A stretch of DNA of 64,000 nucleotides from Malacoraja senta (GCA_038087875.1 CM075988.1:10170001-10234000), one strand, 5' to 3'. Numbered from the stretch's first letter, positions 1 to 13,560 are shown. Numbers and translations are program-made. Notes: generated from the letters alone by a model not told the origin.

Positions 1-110
1 TGTTTGAGTCAATTTCTACTTTCTTGGGGTTTGAAATATTTGTGAAAATTTAAATTTACACCTACCCTTTATGAAATACAGCATGAAGTCTAAAGCTATC
101 ACAGCATTAA

Positions 111-420
111 GGCGCCACGGTGGCGCAGCGGTAGAGTTGCTGACTTGCAGCGCCAGAGACCCGGGTTCGATCCTGACTACAGGTGCTGTTTGTACGGAGT
201 TTGTATATTCTCCCCATGACCTGCGTGGGTTTTCCCCGAGGTCTCCGGTTTCCTCCCACATGCCAAACACGTACAGGTTTGGAGGTTAATTGGCTTAATA
301 TAATTGTAAAATTGTCCCGAGTGTGTGTAAGATAGTGTTAATGCTCGGGATCGCTGGTTGGCACGGATTTGGTGGACCGAAGGGCCTGTTTCCATGCTGT
401 ATCTCTAAACTAAACTAAAT
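111..420 (+). mobile_element. tRNA-derived V-SINE (HE1-like), full length
   Basis: A box (tggcgcagcgg) and B box (ggttcgatcc), V-domain-like core (ttctcccc...tccggtttcctcccaca), CR1-like 3' end (gaagggcctgtttcc) and (taaac)n tail; many homologous copies in window. Confidence 0.85.
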
Positions 421-1109
421 GAAACATTCCCCAAACACGTGATTTCATTTATCAACTTCCTTTGTATATGATATTAATGGAGACAAGAGCTTCAGAATTA
501 TGACAAACATGCTCCTATTTCCATTGAAGTAGTGAAAAGTAATTTGATAACAGTGTGTTAAGTGGTTGTACAATGATATTACACAGAATAATTTCCTGGC
601 TAATCTATCTGCCCCAGTCTAGCAGCTACCAGGAGCAAATCTTCATCTCCAAGCCTTTGGATTCAGTAAAAGTAATAACGTTCTAATTATATTAATTCAA
701 AATATTTAATGCCATTGCCTAACATTTGATAATAGTTCCATGATTAATAATGCATTACAAATTAATCTTCACAGCTAAAAAATCGTTTGTCTTGTTTGCA
801 TCACGTGTCACAGCTTGAAGAGGCTTTGGACTTGGAATTTTAACATTCGGAGTATTCTACCCGAGTAACAGAGTCATGTAGAGGTACAGCATGGAAACAC
901 ACACCTTGGCCCATTGAGTTCACACTGACCATCAACCACCATTTGCATTGACCCTGCATGAATAAATGTTTTAATAATCTCCTTATGGTCTCAGCAATCT
1001 CCTCCCAGATTCTACCACACGGAAGACAGTGGGAACATAGAACTAGTGTGAAGGGGTGATTGATGGGGCTGAAGGGCCTGTTTTTGTGCTGTATTTTTAA
1101 TTTAATTTA

Positions 1110-1285
1110 ACAACTTATAGTGTCCACTTAATATGCAAAGCCACACACACACGCGGGATGTGGAAGGAAACTGGAGCAGCTGAGGGAAACCCAGGCAGTC
1201 ACAGGAAGAACATACAAATTCCACACAGACAGAACCATGATTAGTATTGAACCAGGGTCTCTGATGCTGTCCCACTGTGCTGCCC
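1110..1285 (-). mobile_element. degenerate V-SINE
   Basis: reverse-complement similarity to the head/core of the 111-420 copy. Confidence 0.6.
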
Positions 1286-1849
1286 TGATGTTTTTGTATT
1301 CACAGTTTTTGCATTAGAAATAAAAAAATCAGTTTCCTATTAAATTATCAACTGATCAATGAAATAAAAAGTTAAAACACATGAAGATTGTCAAATCATT
1401 TGCCATTTGGTCAAGGAATGCCAACCCGTGGACAATTGATTGCGATGACATCCAGTCTATTCCTCACTGAAAAGGGAAGTGATTATCTCGCTACTGTTAA
1501 AATATTATTCAATGTGCGATAGTGCTTCAAGTAGATGTTGCTGGAAGCAGTGGGGTAAATGGTGAAGTACCTCAAAGACGTTTATTTGCATTCCTTGTAA
1601 ATTATTCTGGAAATCAGCATGTACAATACTGAATTTTGGTCTTGAATCGCCTGAGCTGTGGAACTAATGTTGTAAGCTGAGACGAATGCAGATGGATGCC
1701 TGATGTTTTGTGCGGACGTGATGGGCTGAATGGCCTGTTTCCATGGTATATGACTCTGTGGCTCTACATGGTTCTGTATCCTCAACACCAGTCATATATT
1801 TACTTGTATTCATCATGTGACATGTAGCTTAAGTTTGTGTTAAATTTAA

Positions 1850-2170
1850 AATGTGAAAGATAAAGTGCTGGAAGAGCTCAATGGGTCAGGCAGCATCTGT
1901 GGAGGGGCCCAGCCCAAAAGCGCCATCTGTCCATTCCCTCCACTGATGATAAGATGATAAGTGATAGTAGAATTAGGCCATTCGGCCCATCAAGTCTACT
2001 CCACCATTCAATCATGGCTGATCTATCTCTCCTTCCTAATCCGATTCTCTTGCCTTCTCCCCATAACCTCTGACACCTGTCTGACTGATGCTGCCTGACT
2101 TGCTGAGTTCCTTCAGCACTTTGTGTTTTGTGCAAGATTCCAGCATATGTATTTCTTTGTGTCTCTAAAT
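1850..2170. mobile_element. Penelope pseudo-LTR fold-back remnant interrupted by a CR1 3' fragment (~1945-2080, minus)
   Basis: inverted gtgctgga...ggtcaggcagcatc / gatgctgcctgac...cagcac arms; central part matches the CR1 3' end at 27900-28055 in reverse. Confidence 0.55.
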
Positions 2171-2679
2171 TCAAGGAGATGTTATTGCCACTAGAGTGTA
2201 ATATACTTCAGATACGACACAAATGTTTGAAGGTTGGCAGTGAAAAATACAACAGGAAAGATTCTCATTTACTGATCCTGGAAAAGTAGCTGTTCCACTA
2301 TTCACAATCTAACCTGATCAATTACGTATTATTCATGCGGATGAAATATGAAAAGGGTAATCAACTGATTAACTCCCAATCTTTCCTAATTATTGCATGT
2401 TGCATATAATCCCATGGAATCTACTTTTGAACTGAAATGTGAAATGTCAGTGATTAATGTTTCCAGAGATAAAATAATGAGTTTCTTAGTATTTTTTACA
2501 GTGGCAAACAGGTTGAAACTGAAGAATGGGCAATACTTTTCCTTTTCTATTATTGACTCATCTGTTTTGTATATAAGGTGTTTTCTGTTTGTCGCAAAGA
2601 TGCTGAAGTGAAACTTAATATGTTGCTCAGGATGTTGAGGGATTTTGTCAGAACAGGCAGCAAAAAAGAAACCGTTTCC

Positions 2680-2970
2680 AGGGCAACACAGTGGTATAGT
2701 TGCTGCCTCACAGAGCCAGAAACCTGGGTACGATCCTGACTACGGGTGCTGTCTGTACAGAGTTTTACGTTCTCCCTGTGACCATGTGGGTTTTCTCCGG
2801 GTGCTCCAGTTTCCTCCTACATTCCAAAGACATGGAGGTTTGTAGGTTTATTAGCTTCTGTATATTGTCCCTAGTATGTAGGATAGAACAAGTGCAAGGG
2901 CGGTCGTTTGTCAGTGTGGACTCGGTGGGCCAAGGTGCCTGTTTTCACACTGTATCTCTAAACTGAACTA
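2680..2970 (+). mobile_element. V-SINE
   Basis: colinear similarity to 111-420. Confidence 0.8.
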
Positions 2971-3779
2971 AGGTAGTACATAGGTAGATAGTATGTCAAT
3001 AGTATACAGATTTAAATTAGAATTACAATTATACAGATAGTGAGAATTATTCTTATTAAACTTATGATAATTTGGAATTAGTTGCCTGAAAGGGTGATAA
3101 AAGCAAATTTAGTGATAATACTCAAAAGGGAATTAAATCTATATTTGGAAGGAAGCGAGTTAATTGAATTTAAATGCAGGCAAATGCATGATGAGCTGAA
3201 TGCTGTATAGCCTCATGCTGTGCTAAGCAGTTCTATGACTGCAAACCTTCTTTGAATCTGTCGACAGATGGGACAGCAGTAGTAAATGACCAAAGGGTAG
3301 CAGTAAAAGGTCTTAACTGCTTTGATGTGGATCTTTTTTCTCTACACATTTATTTTGATGATGGCATTTTGTCTGTGTGGTGAAACTATTTCTATTCAAG
3401 CACTACACAATTCCCATTTGGTCTCATTAAAATGCTACCTTACAAAAATAAAATGCAGTCGTTACCTGATTAATTGACCAGTGATTACTTCACAGGTAGC
3501 AAGTGCAATGTACTTGAAAATAATCTCTTCTGTTCGACTGACTTACTGATGGCTTCCTACTTGAAAAACCATTACATTTCCACATGGTTTTCCTGTTGAC
3601 TTGCTTTTCACAAATTAAGCCCATTGCAATCATTTGTTTATTCAGAAATGCGAGAAGTAATTTAGAGTGTAAGATTGCAAAAGCCTTAACATTTCCCCAA
3701 GAAATGACAGATGGAGGTAGTCTGAACTGTGTGATAATGAATAGGTTCAGCTGCTAAAGAATGCACCAGAAGTATGTTT

Positions 3780-3920
3780 AATGTATTTTCTATATCTCTC
3801 ATTTCCTTTTCCCCTGAATCTCAGTCTGAAGAAGGGTCTCGACGTGAAACGTCACCTATTCTTTTTCTCCAGAGATGCTGCTTGACCGCTGAATTACTCC
3901 AGCTTTTTGTGCCTATGTAC
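3780..3920 (+). mobile_element. Penelope pseudo-LTR fragment with degenerate hammerhead motif (3826-3853)
   Basis: ctgaagaagggtctcgacgtgaaacgtc followed by the conserved pLTR 3' segment. Confidence 0.7.
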
Positions 3921-4139
3921 ATTTTATCAAGTTATCTTTAAAATAAACAAATAGAACTGCTGGAATGCTTGTATAGTGAAAGCATTTTTAATAGTTTCTG
4001 AATCAACATGGTGAGACTCAAGCAGTCGGGTTGAGTATGAGGTTCCTCCATACACTTGTAAGGTGTGGTACTATTAGATTCTGAGGCCTGTTCGGTTGCT
4101 AGGGTTCCAAGCAGGCACAGGAAATACATAAAGCATTGA

Positions 4140-4792
4140 GAGCTGCTGTACCTATTGTTCCAGGTGTAGCCGCTTATACATCAGCGAGACCAAGCAGTCT
4201 GGGCGATTGGTTGGCTGGACACCTTTGCTCAGTCTGCCTTGGCCTACGTGCTCTCGTAGTTGCCAAACACTTTCTCCCATTCCCATTCCCATTCCCATAA
4301 TGTCCTTTCAGTCCTAGGCCCGCTCCATTGTCAGAGTGAGGTCAAATGCAAATTGGAGGAACAGCATCTCATATTTTGCTTGGGCAGCTAACAATCCAGT
4401 GGTATGAATATTGATTTCTCTAACTTCAAGTAACCTTTGCCATCTGTCCCTCCCCCACCCAAGTCATTGTACTAGTTTCATGGTCTCTTTGGTGAGTTTC
4501 ATTGTCTGTATAATTCATTTTCATCTAGCCCACAGCCAACAATATACTGTTTCCTTGATCTTTGTTGCTTTTTTGTATATATTTCATTTATTTGTTCTAT
4601 ATCTCTCTATATCACCGTCTATATCTATATCTCTCATTTCCCTTTCCGCTGACTCTCAGTCTGAAGAAGGGTCTTGACCCGAAACGTCACCTATTCCTTT
4701 TCTCCAGAGATGCTGCCTGACCTGCTGAGTTGCTCCAGCTTTTTGTGCCTATCTTTGGTTTAAACCATCATCTGCAGTTCCTTCCAACACAA
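4140..4792 (+). mobile_element. Penelope-like element 3' fragment (decayed GIY-YIG end plus pLTR)
   Basis: tacatcagcgagaccaag...aaattggaggaacagcatctcatattt matches the GIY-YIG region of the 31769-32218 copy; hammerhead motif at 4661-4688. Confidence 0.8.
4661..4688 (+). ncRNA. minimal type I hammerhead ribozyme-like motif
   Basis: CUGAAGA-A-[GGGUC UU GACCC]-GAAAC-GUC; core boxes intact, stem I only ~2 bp. Confidence 0.6.
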
Positions 4793-4964
4793 GAATCCTA
4801 GGAGACATTTTAACTGGATTAGCGCTGTTCGCGTGCACATGTTGATAGATTAGTATTCTGAAATATCTGGAAACGTTTGCAAAATGGAAATTGTAGGTTA
4901 CAAATTCACATACTTTTTTGTACTAAGCAAAAATGCAACATAAAAGAAGGGAAGAGATTGAACT

Positions 4965-5142
4965 TTTTTTCACCTCCCATCACAGTGAGGAATGTGGAGG
5001 AGTCACTGTGGTGGATGTTCATGTTAAAATGTATTTTGTGTGTTTTGTTGGTTTTTAATGGTATGACTGTATGGCAAATCAAATTCCTCGTACGTTGCAA
5101 AAATACTTGGCTCATAAAGTATGATTATGATCATGATTATGA
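4965..5142 (+). mobile_element. 3' portion of non-coding LINE-mobilised element family
   Basis: ccatcacagtga...tcactgtggtgg hairpin shared with 23093-23740, 27405-27745, 38389-38706, 47924-48770; (tatgat)n tail. Confidence 0.6.
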
Positions 5143-5669
5143 AATTAATCAGTAAAGGAGACTGGGCCTCAGAGCACACACAGTGACTTTGAGCATATAG
5201 TTCTCTGGCCATGACATGTGTCCACAAGGTTATTTGCAGCAATGAATAATGACAATGTTGAATTAAAGCAAGTAGTATAAATGCGTTTTAGGAAAGGTTG
5301 GACAAATGAGCAAAAAGGGCATAGAAGGTTATACTGATAGATTGATAAGGAGACTCAAAGGGAAATAAAACCCCATGAGGGAATGGTGGAGGTTTATGTA
5401 CTGTTTCTGTGCTATATAAACACAATCCAATTAATAGTGCAGCAAATCTTTATCTATGGATGTGCACTGCATGGTGAATACCCCCCGTGAAAGTGGCTTT
5501 TAGATGTTTGTATTCAGCACTCAGTGTGAAACGCATATGCTCAAGAAAACTGATCTGAACAGGGAAAGGTCCTGTAACTGCACCACTGAAGGAGAACATC
5601 CATTACTTGGCTGCATTGTCTTTTGGAATCGTGGAATCATGCTTGTTGGGTCAGGCTTTGGATTTGGAG

Positions 5670-5850
5670 AATGTATACATGGCAGGTCGTGTCTTACCAA
5701 CTTGATCGGGTTTTTTGCGGAAGTGACAAAGGCGGTCGATGAGTGTAGCGAAATACACTTGTACAGGAAAACAGATCTGAACAGATCGATTGATATGGAG
5801 GGAATGGAGGGATATGGATTATGTGCAGTCAGATTAGAGATGGTCTTGGC
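5670..5850 (+). mobile_element. CR1 LINE fragments
   Basis: translation GRSCLTNLIGFFAEVTKAVDE is a CR1 RT motif; followed by CR1 3' UTR-like sequence. Confidence 0.65.
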
Positions 5851-7164
5851 ATCAGAGACACAAAGTGTTGGAGTAACACAGCGGGTCTGACAGCATCTCT
5901 AGAGAAAATGGATGGGCGACATTTTGAGTCGGAACCTTTCTTCAGACATCTTGTCACAGACATCCTTCTCCCCAACTTGGCATCATACTTGAAATGGGCA
6001 TTGTGGGCTGCACTGTTCTATGTACCATGTTCTAATGTCCCACGTGTTGCAATGGTGAGGCGGCTGCTCAACAAAATCAATTGGTCCCAAAGTAATGGTC
6101 CCTCAGGTTCCAGCCTGACCATGAGAAGATGTAATGCAGGCAAGGAGATTCCCACAGAATTGGAGAAAGAAGGACGGTAATAGTGTTCCTCGAGGAGGAC
6201 CTAAACCATAAGAATCTCCTTGAAATTATACACCTTGGGGCAGATAGGGGAGGCATTGAATGTTGGTGTAGTAAATACAGGTGATCATAGATTTGCCAAT
6301 GTGCAAACTATCCCTAATTTAGGTCAGAATCAAAAGAATCAAGTGACCATGTTAAAGAAAATAATTTGCAGGTGTAATGCAAAGTAGGGAGAGGGAAAAT
6401 GGGACTGATAGGATTTCTCTCCTGGGCTCAATGGGGCAAATGTTAACATTCTGCATGTATTAAGTAAGTAAATATAATGCAAGGTGTTGCTTAGAAATGA
6501 GCATATATAAAGAATTGAGAAATAAATCCTTGCCGATTTTAGGCTCGAGACTCAAAAGATCAAGAAAAACTGCACCATTATGCATTTGGAGCTGGAGTTA
6601 GTGAGAAGTGTCAGTGGATCTTGTTGGCTTTGTAACTGTTGATGAAGTAACACTGACAGGAAAACCTATTGGCTGAGCTTTCAAATAATGGCTCAATTCG
6701 AGTCTATGGGACAATCGGTTTGAATTGCAAACCGAAGTTATTATGGAATAACTTAGTTAAAATCTCAGCAAATTTCCAATCTCTCAGCTGCTAGGATATT
6801 TCTAACATCTGGCATTATTGGATCAATTGGAAGCAGTTCAATGGGTAATTAACTTGTCTCATTCCATCATTTCAAAGAAGTGAGCGGCCAGGCAGGGAAT
6901 ATTTCTTGGTGCATTATCAGGGGAGGAATTCAGATTGGTAGCTTCTCAGCCATAAAAAGTTATTTCCCATGTGACTTTTATACTTCTATACCATGAATGA
7001 ACTCACATACATTCTATCAAATGACATTTGTGGGTTTTTTATTATTCCATTATATATTGTTTTGAGCATTTTAAATACCCTCTCTCAACAGAATATTGAA
7101 ATCTGGATCAATCAATTATCCCCTGTGGCAATATAAATGCTTATGGGACATTATAATTCAGAAA

Positions 7165-7325
7165 TCCCAAAGACGTGTGGGTTTGTAGGCCAAATAGTCT
7201 TTGTAAAATTATCTTTAGTGTGTAAGAAATGGATGAGTAAGTGGGATAATATAGAACTAGTGTGAACGGGTGATCAATGGTCAGCATGGATAGTGGGATG
7301 AAAGGCTTGTTTCCATGCTGGACAA
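7165..7325 (+). mobile_element. V-SINE 3' half
   Basis: similar to the 3' half of 111-420 and 19685-19995. Confidence 0.6.
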
Positions 7326-7966
7326 TCATCTATCTGGTCAGTTCTGACACACAGAGGAAAAGCTTGTTATCTGAAATTGTATAATTCAACATTTAGTTCT
7401 GAGGGCTGCCTCATATCTAAATGGAAGATTTTAGACTTTACTTTGGAGATATAACACGGAATCAGGCCCTTTGACATACCGAGTCCACGTTGACCAGCCA
7501 TCACCCCTTACACTAACACCATCCTACACATTTGCAGATTGATCTTATATTATAGAAGTCACCCAACTTCAGCTTCCATTGAAACCTAGTTTAAATTGCA
7601 AATGAAGAATGTGTTCACCTTAGTGACAGGTAACTACGAAGTGCTGAGATTTTCTACTGCCGGGGCTGGTGAATCGAACAAGCTTTAAAGCCAGTGTCCT
7701 CCAATGCCTTACCTGCCCACCAAACAGTGCTTGTCATTGAACAGTTCCTCGTACCCGAAGGTCAAGCCCCTTTGGATGAGATTCAGTTTTAAAGTGACAT
7801 GATTTCTTCTGGGATAGCACATGTGAACTCATTGTACAGAATTCTGACATTCAGCTTCAAGCATGAAATGTTTTACAACCTTAAGGTAGGAGCTAGAGAA
7901 TTAGCAATAACATTCTTTTAAAATAAATTAACAGTCGGGAACTATCATTCTGAGCTTTCAAAATGA

Positions 7967-9448
7967 ATGGTAGCTTCATTGGCAGAGGAGCTGAACCTCT
8001 TCTTTGCTCGCATTGAAGTGGAGCCACCAGAGCCAGCCATATCACACCACATGGTCCATAGCAGCTTATCCCTCAAAATAGAGGAGCATGAGGTGAGGCA
8101 CACGCTGCGGGCTATCAATCCGAGGAAGGCTGTTGGACCCGATGGCGTTTCTGGACGCGTGCTGAAGGACTGCGCAGACCAGCTGGCTGGAGTCTTTACG
8201 AGGATTTTCAACCAGTCTCTGGCCCAGTCCACTGTCCCATCCTGTCTGAAGTCCTCCACCATAGTCCCTTTGCCCAAAACCCCCCACATTTCCAGCCTCA
8301 ACGACTACCGGCCAGTCGCACTCACACCAGTGGTGATGAAGTGTTTTGAAAAACTGGTCCGGGGTCACATCACATCACTCCTGCCCCGAAGCTTTGACCC
8401 CCACCAGTTTGAGTATAGAGCGAATAGATCCACAGACGACGCTGTAGCCACAGCCCTCCATGCTGCACTGTCACATCTGCAGCAGCAGGGGAGCTACGTG
8501 CGGATGCTCTTTGTGGACTACAGCTCTGCTTTTAACACCATTCTTCCCCACAAACTGGTGGACAAACTGGGGGACCTGGGACTTCCACAGTCCACCTGCA
8601 TGTGGATAAAGAGCTTCCTGTCGGGTCGCAGTCAGAGAGTCAGAGTGGGCCGTCACACATCTATGGCCCTCAGCCTCAGTACCGGCTCTCCACAGGGCTG
8701 CGTGCTGAGCCCCCTGCTTTACACCATCTACACATATGACTGCACCCCCGCCCACCACAGTAACACCATTATCAAATTCGCGGATGACACCACGGTGGTG
8801 GGGCTCATCTCTGGGGGGGATGAGTACGCCTACAGGGATGAGGTGGAGCAGCTGACAGGGTGGTGTTGAGAAAATAACCTGCTCCTCAACACCTCAAAGA
8901 CCAAGGAGCTCATAATAGATTACAGGAAGAAGAAAACGGACATTACACCACTAATCATCAGAGGGGACTGTGTGGAGAGGGTGGCGGATTTCCGCTTCCT
9001 GGGAATCCACATTGAGGAGGACCTGACATGGAGCGTGAACACCTCTGCGCTGCTGAAAAAGGTCCAGCAGAGACTGTACTTCCTGAGGGTGCTCAGGAAG
9101 AACAACATCACCCAGAGACTGCTGCTATCCTTTTATCGGTGCTCAATAGAGAGCATCTTAACATACTGTGTATGCGTGTGGTACACCAGCTGCACAGCGG
9201 CTAAGAGGAAAGCGCTCCAGAGGGCTATTGACAATGCCCAGAAGATTGCCGGCTGCCCTCTCATCACATTGGAGGACTTACACAGTTCCCACTGTCTCAA
9301 AAAATCCCAGAACATCATAAAGGACATTTTCCACCCCTGGTCACTCCCTGTTTGTACTGCTGCCGTCAGGCAGATGGTGCAGACCAATGAGGACAAGGAC
9401 AAACAGACTCAAAAACAGTTTTTATACCACAGCAATAACTACACTTAA
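7967..9448 (+). pseudogene. Rex1/Babar reverse transcriptase with in-frame TGA at 8867-8869 and a frameshift near 9335
   Basis: ORFs 7967-8869 and 8972-9448 are in the same frame; reading through the TGA gives ENNLLLNTSKTKELIIDYRK. Confidence 0.85.
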
Positions 9449-9660
9449 TGTAGCCACCAAATGAGCGCAGGTGTGTTACACACCAAAGGGACTGGGAAAT
9501 CGACAGAAGAATGTGTTTTTTCATGTTATTTATTTTAGTTGTTTATTTTAGACTTTTGCTTTTAGAAAATGTGTGAATTTTGGTTGGTTGGCATTTTTAA
9601 TTTTGTTGTACATGTTTACATGTTATAATGACAATAAAGTATTCATTCATTCATTCATTC
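7967..9660 (+). mobile_element. Rex1/Babar non-LTR retrotransposon, 5'-truncated
   Basis: RT motifs LNDYRPVALTPVVMKCFEKLV, LFVDYSSAFNTI, GSPQGCVLSPLL, KFADD; AATAAA and (CATT)n tail at ~9633-9660. Confidence 0.9.
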
Positions 9661-10269
9661 TTATTAAGTTTTGTTGAAAACTAAGTGAATCACTTTTTCC
9701 CTATATTAAATATATATATTTAATCTGCTGGTCCCTAAGTTCTGGAAGTGGCAGATGCTTTAATGCCATCTTAGCAACTCAGCCTAATATACAATGACCT
9801 TGTTGGAAACCAGCATAGCTTAGAAGGGTTATATTTACCCTCACAAACAAGAATAAGAGCAGTGTGTTTCTCCCATGAGATGGCCGACGTGCAAAAATAA
9901 AAATGAAAGTGTGTCCTTCAGAAGGCTAGCAATCAAAATAGGATTTAAGAACATTAGGGCAGGCAAACATTCAGGTCGAAGGTCAGGAATCTCATCAGAC
10001 AGTATGCTTCCTTGACCATTGAAACAGAACGAGTCTGATATGTGTATAAAGTGTGTTATTAATTTCTGATTCAATAACATAACTTCACTTATTCCTTCAC
10101 CGTGCATTGGCTATATATGACGCCATCTTCCTACTATTAGCTTCTATCCCAGAAAGAAGTGATAAATATTTAAGCTTTGTGCTTATCCATCTCATTTAGA
10201 CCCCTACTTCTATCTCTCAGATTGTCTTTGTGATTTTCTGTCTATGCCAAAATAGCTAGGTTAATTCTA

Positions 10270-11095
10270 CAGCATAGAAACAAAGAATTGCAGAAGCTGG
10301 TTAATACCTAAAGGAACACAAGGTGCTGGAGTAACTAAATGGGTCAGGCAGCATCTCTGGTGACGACTGATAGATGACTTTTTGGATTGAGACCTTCTCA
10401 GACTGATTGTGGGGGGAGGGGAAGGAAACTGGAAAAGGGAAGAGACAGAACAAAGCACGGCAGGTAATAAGTTGACTCGGGCGAGGGGGTGTTTGACAGG
10501 CAGATGGTTGGAACAAAGGTCAGAGATAAGAACAGTAGATGGAGACAGGTTTGAAGAGTTGCAGCTAAACAGTTGTGGTCGGTCTCTCGGTTAATAGCCA
10601 CTTTAACTCCCCTTCCATTCCCACTAATCTTTCCATGTCTTGATCTCCTCCACTGCAAATCAATAGTGCTTTATTGTTACAGCCAGAGTGAGTCCACGTA
10701 CAAACTGGTGAAACAGCAGCTAATATTCTGCTTTAGTTGCATACAACCCAACTGGATAAATGTTGAATTCTTCAATTTTAGGTAACTTCTAACAAACCCC
10801 CTAACTCTCTCACTAACACCTCTCTTCCGTCCCTCCTTCCTCTCCCCTGTGCCCCACCAAGACTCCCACCACCCTCCACCCACCTCCCTGCTGACATTCC
10901 TCTCCTGGCTACGCAATCCGCACCTCTTCAAACCAGTCTCACACCTACTGTTCTTATCTCTGGTTATTGTTCCAACCATCTGCCTGTCAAAACGAAAACC
11001 CTCTCCTGTGTCGAACTATACATGCTCTGCTTTGTCCTGCCTCTCCCCTTTTCCAATTTTCTTCCACCCCTTGACAATCAGTCAGAAGAAGGGTG
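10270..11095. mobile_element. decayed Penelope-like element: inverted pLTR (10270-10550) plus GIY-YIG end and pLTR (plus strand)
   Basis: aaactggtgaaacagcagctaatattc matches the KLEEQHLIF-coding region; inverted homology between ~10400-10530 and ~10950-11090. Confidence 0.7.
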
Positions 11096-11474
11096 TCATG
11101 TGTATATGTTACTATTTACTGTGACAAGTTCTTAAAATGAAGCAGTATCCATCTCTCAAAGGCTGAGACACAGAAATGATGCTCAAGAAAGTAGACTTGA
11201 TGTATGGGCCTGAAAATATATTTTCCACCACCTTAGAGGAAATGTCAGACAATTTACTTTAGATATATGTATGAAAAGTTGATGTATGGGAACAAATCAG
11301 ATCGAACAATTGCATGTTACTTTGAAGGAATCAACTAATGGAGTAATTTCAACACCAATGTAGTGTTACAGCATAGAAAAATAATATTGTAAAGTATTTT
11401 TGACGTGTATTCAAAATGTTCAAGGTGTGCATCATGCAAGCACTGTGATATCTGGTCCAGGTAGAGAGTGAGGG

Positions 11475-11742
11475 CAGAAACAGGCCCTTCAGCCCATGCC
11501 GCCCAATGATGCCCGTTCATTAAAATTTTCCTACGCACTAGGGACAATGTACAATTTTGACCGAAGCCAATTAACTACAAACCTGTATGTCTTTGGAATG
11601 TGGGAGGAAACCAGAGCAGCCGGAGAAACCCCACATGGTCACAGGGAGAACGTACAAACTCCATACAGACAGTACTCATAGTCAGATTGAACCTGAGTCT
11701 CTGGCGCTGTAAGGCAGCAATTCTACCTCTGCGCCACCCCTG
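11475..11742 (-). mobile_element. V-SINE
   Basis: reverse complement of SINE head/core/tail. Confidence 0.8.
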
Positions 11743-12229
11743 TGCTGTAGCAAAAATACTGCCATGGTAGGGAGAGAAAAGTCCACACATTCTCTTAAGC
11801 CTATATTGTCCTTCAATTACATTATGATCATTACAGCCATTAGCTGTCACTCCTTGAATATATTTTGAGAAGTAAAAGAATGCAGACTGGTTAAAATATC
11901 AGAATGAAAACAGTGACTGCTGAAAATGTCAGAAGATTAGATAGCAACTGTGGAGAGAGAAATAATATGTCATGTCTAGATGAAGCAATATTACCTGCCA
12001 CGCTTTGTCCTGCCTCTACCATTTTCCAGCTTTCTTCTCCCCTCCCCTCCCCCCCCTCCCCACAATAACTCTGAAGAAAGGTGTCAGCCCTAAATTTCAC
12101 CTTTGCTTGTTTCTTCAGAACTAGAAAATAGTTCAAAACAATGTTTCATCATAACTAGAAACAAGTTAGAAATCAAACCTGTACAAAGTTGCAGAGAATG
12201 CAGAAGGATAGTGAGAACAATGGCACTAT

Positions 12230-13560
12230 ATGTGATGGGTGAGGACCAAGTGAGACAGTAGTTTGTGAAGTAGTGTGTATCGTCTACTGTTTACACAGGG
12301 TTTCTATGTGCTCCTGAAACATGGGTTTAAGGTTCACAATACTATCCCAATGATTGTTTCATCTTCAGTATCATGGGTCAGGGATTCCCAGGAGTCAATG
12401 GTGATATTGCATCTCTTCAGGTTTTCAGCATGTCTATCACACTTTTTCTTTGTCTACTTGTAAATCTCTTCCCATGACAAAGATTGGTATTACAGTTTTA
12501 GATGACTGTCATTACAGTAGTTAGACACAAACTGCTGGAGTAACTGAGCGGGACTGGCAGCATCTTTGGAGAGAAAGAATGTGTGATGTTTCGGGTCGAG
12601 ACCCTTCTTCAGGCTGATGTCAGGGGAGTGGGTGGGACAGAGATAGGATGTTGTAGCAGTAAGTAAGACTGGTGGGAGAACTGGGAAGGGGAGGGGATAG
12701 AGAGAGAGGGACAGCAAGAGCTATTTGAAGTTAGATAATTCAATGTTCATGCTGCTGGGATGTAAGCTATCCAAGCAAAATATGAGGTGCTGTTCCTCTA
12801 ATTTGCGCTGGGCCTCACTCTGACAATGGAGGAGGCCCAGGACAGAAAGGTCAGATTGGGAATGGGAAGGGAAGTTAAAGTGCTGAGCAACCGGGAGATC
12901 AGGTAGGTTAAGTCGGACTGAGCATAGGTGTTCAGCGGAACGATCGCCGAGCCTGTGCTTGGTCTCACCGATGTACAGGAGTTGACACCTGGAACAGCGG
13001 ATAACTGTCATAACAGCGTTGTGAAGTACGCACCAAAACCAATTTAGGGTAATTGGGCCACTGATATGAGTTGCTATCCTGGGAGAGGACACTGATGTTG
13101 ATTCACATGCTTTGATGGGATTTGGAGAATTTTCTGAAGACAGTGTTGGTAGTTCTTTCCAATGCCTTGAGATACCTGGTCCAGGTAGTCTTTGCCTCAA
13201 AACTAATTAGGGGATCAAGGATCACAAGTGGACCATGAGTTTTGTGTTTGATCTAGTTTTTGACCTTCAAATATCCTCTGCTTCAATATATCTAAGTCTA
13301 TTTTGGTATTGTTGGTCCGTGTTCACCATTGAAGGCGAGGTTGAATTTTACCATCAATGTTTACCTTTGCTGAATTTGGCTCTTGAGAGGTGACTCCCAA
13401 TATATGGTGAGCAGGCCATGTATTTTAGGGTTACACCATGAACCTTCGTTGGCCAGGTCAGTGTGGAGCAAGAGGAGGCAGGACCCTTGTCTTGTTGATG
13501 TTAAGTATAAGGACCATTTCTTGTATGCTTCTGTATGTATTCACCACGGTGAAATGCAGA
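12230..13560 (-). mobile_element. decayed RTE-clade LINE fragment, interrupted by a Penelope insertion
   Basis: minus-strand remnants read approximately TEAY..M.LILNINKTRVL and WTRYLKALER...KILQI, typical of RTE RT C-terminal regions; frameshifted. Confidence 0.55.
12518..12999 (-). mobile_element. Penelope-like 3' fragment (GIY-YIG plus pLTR with hammerhead motif 12585-12612)
   Basis: IRCSRCQLLYIGETKHRLGDR...VAQHFN...KLEEQHLIF; flanked by imperfect 17-bp duplication 12501-12517 / 13000-13016. Confidence 0.85.

Noticed and set aside
111..190. tRNA gene (also at the other SINE heads)
   Set aside because: A/B boxes continue directly into the V core and LINE-like tail; these are SINE heads, not tRNAs
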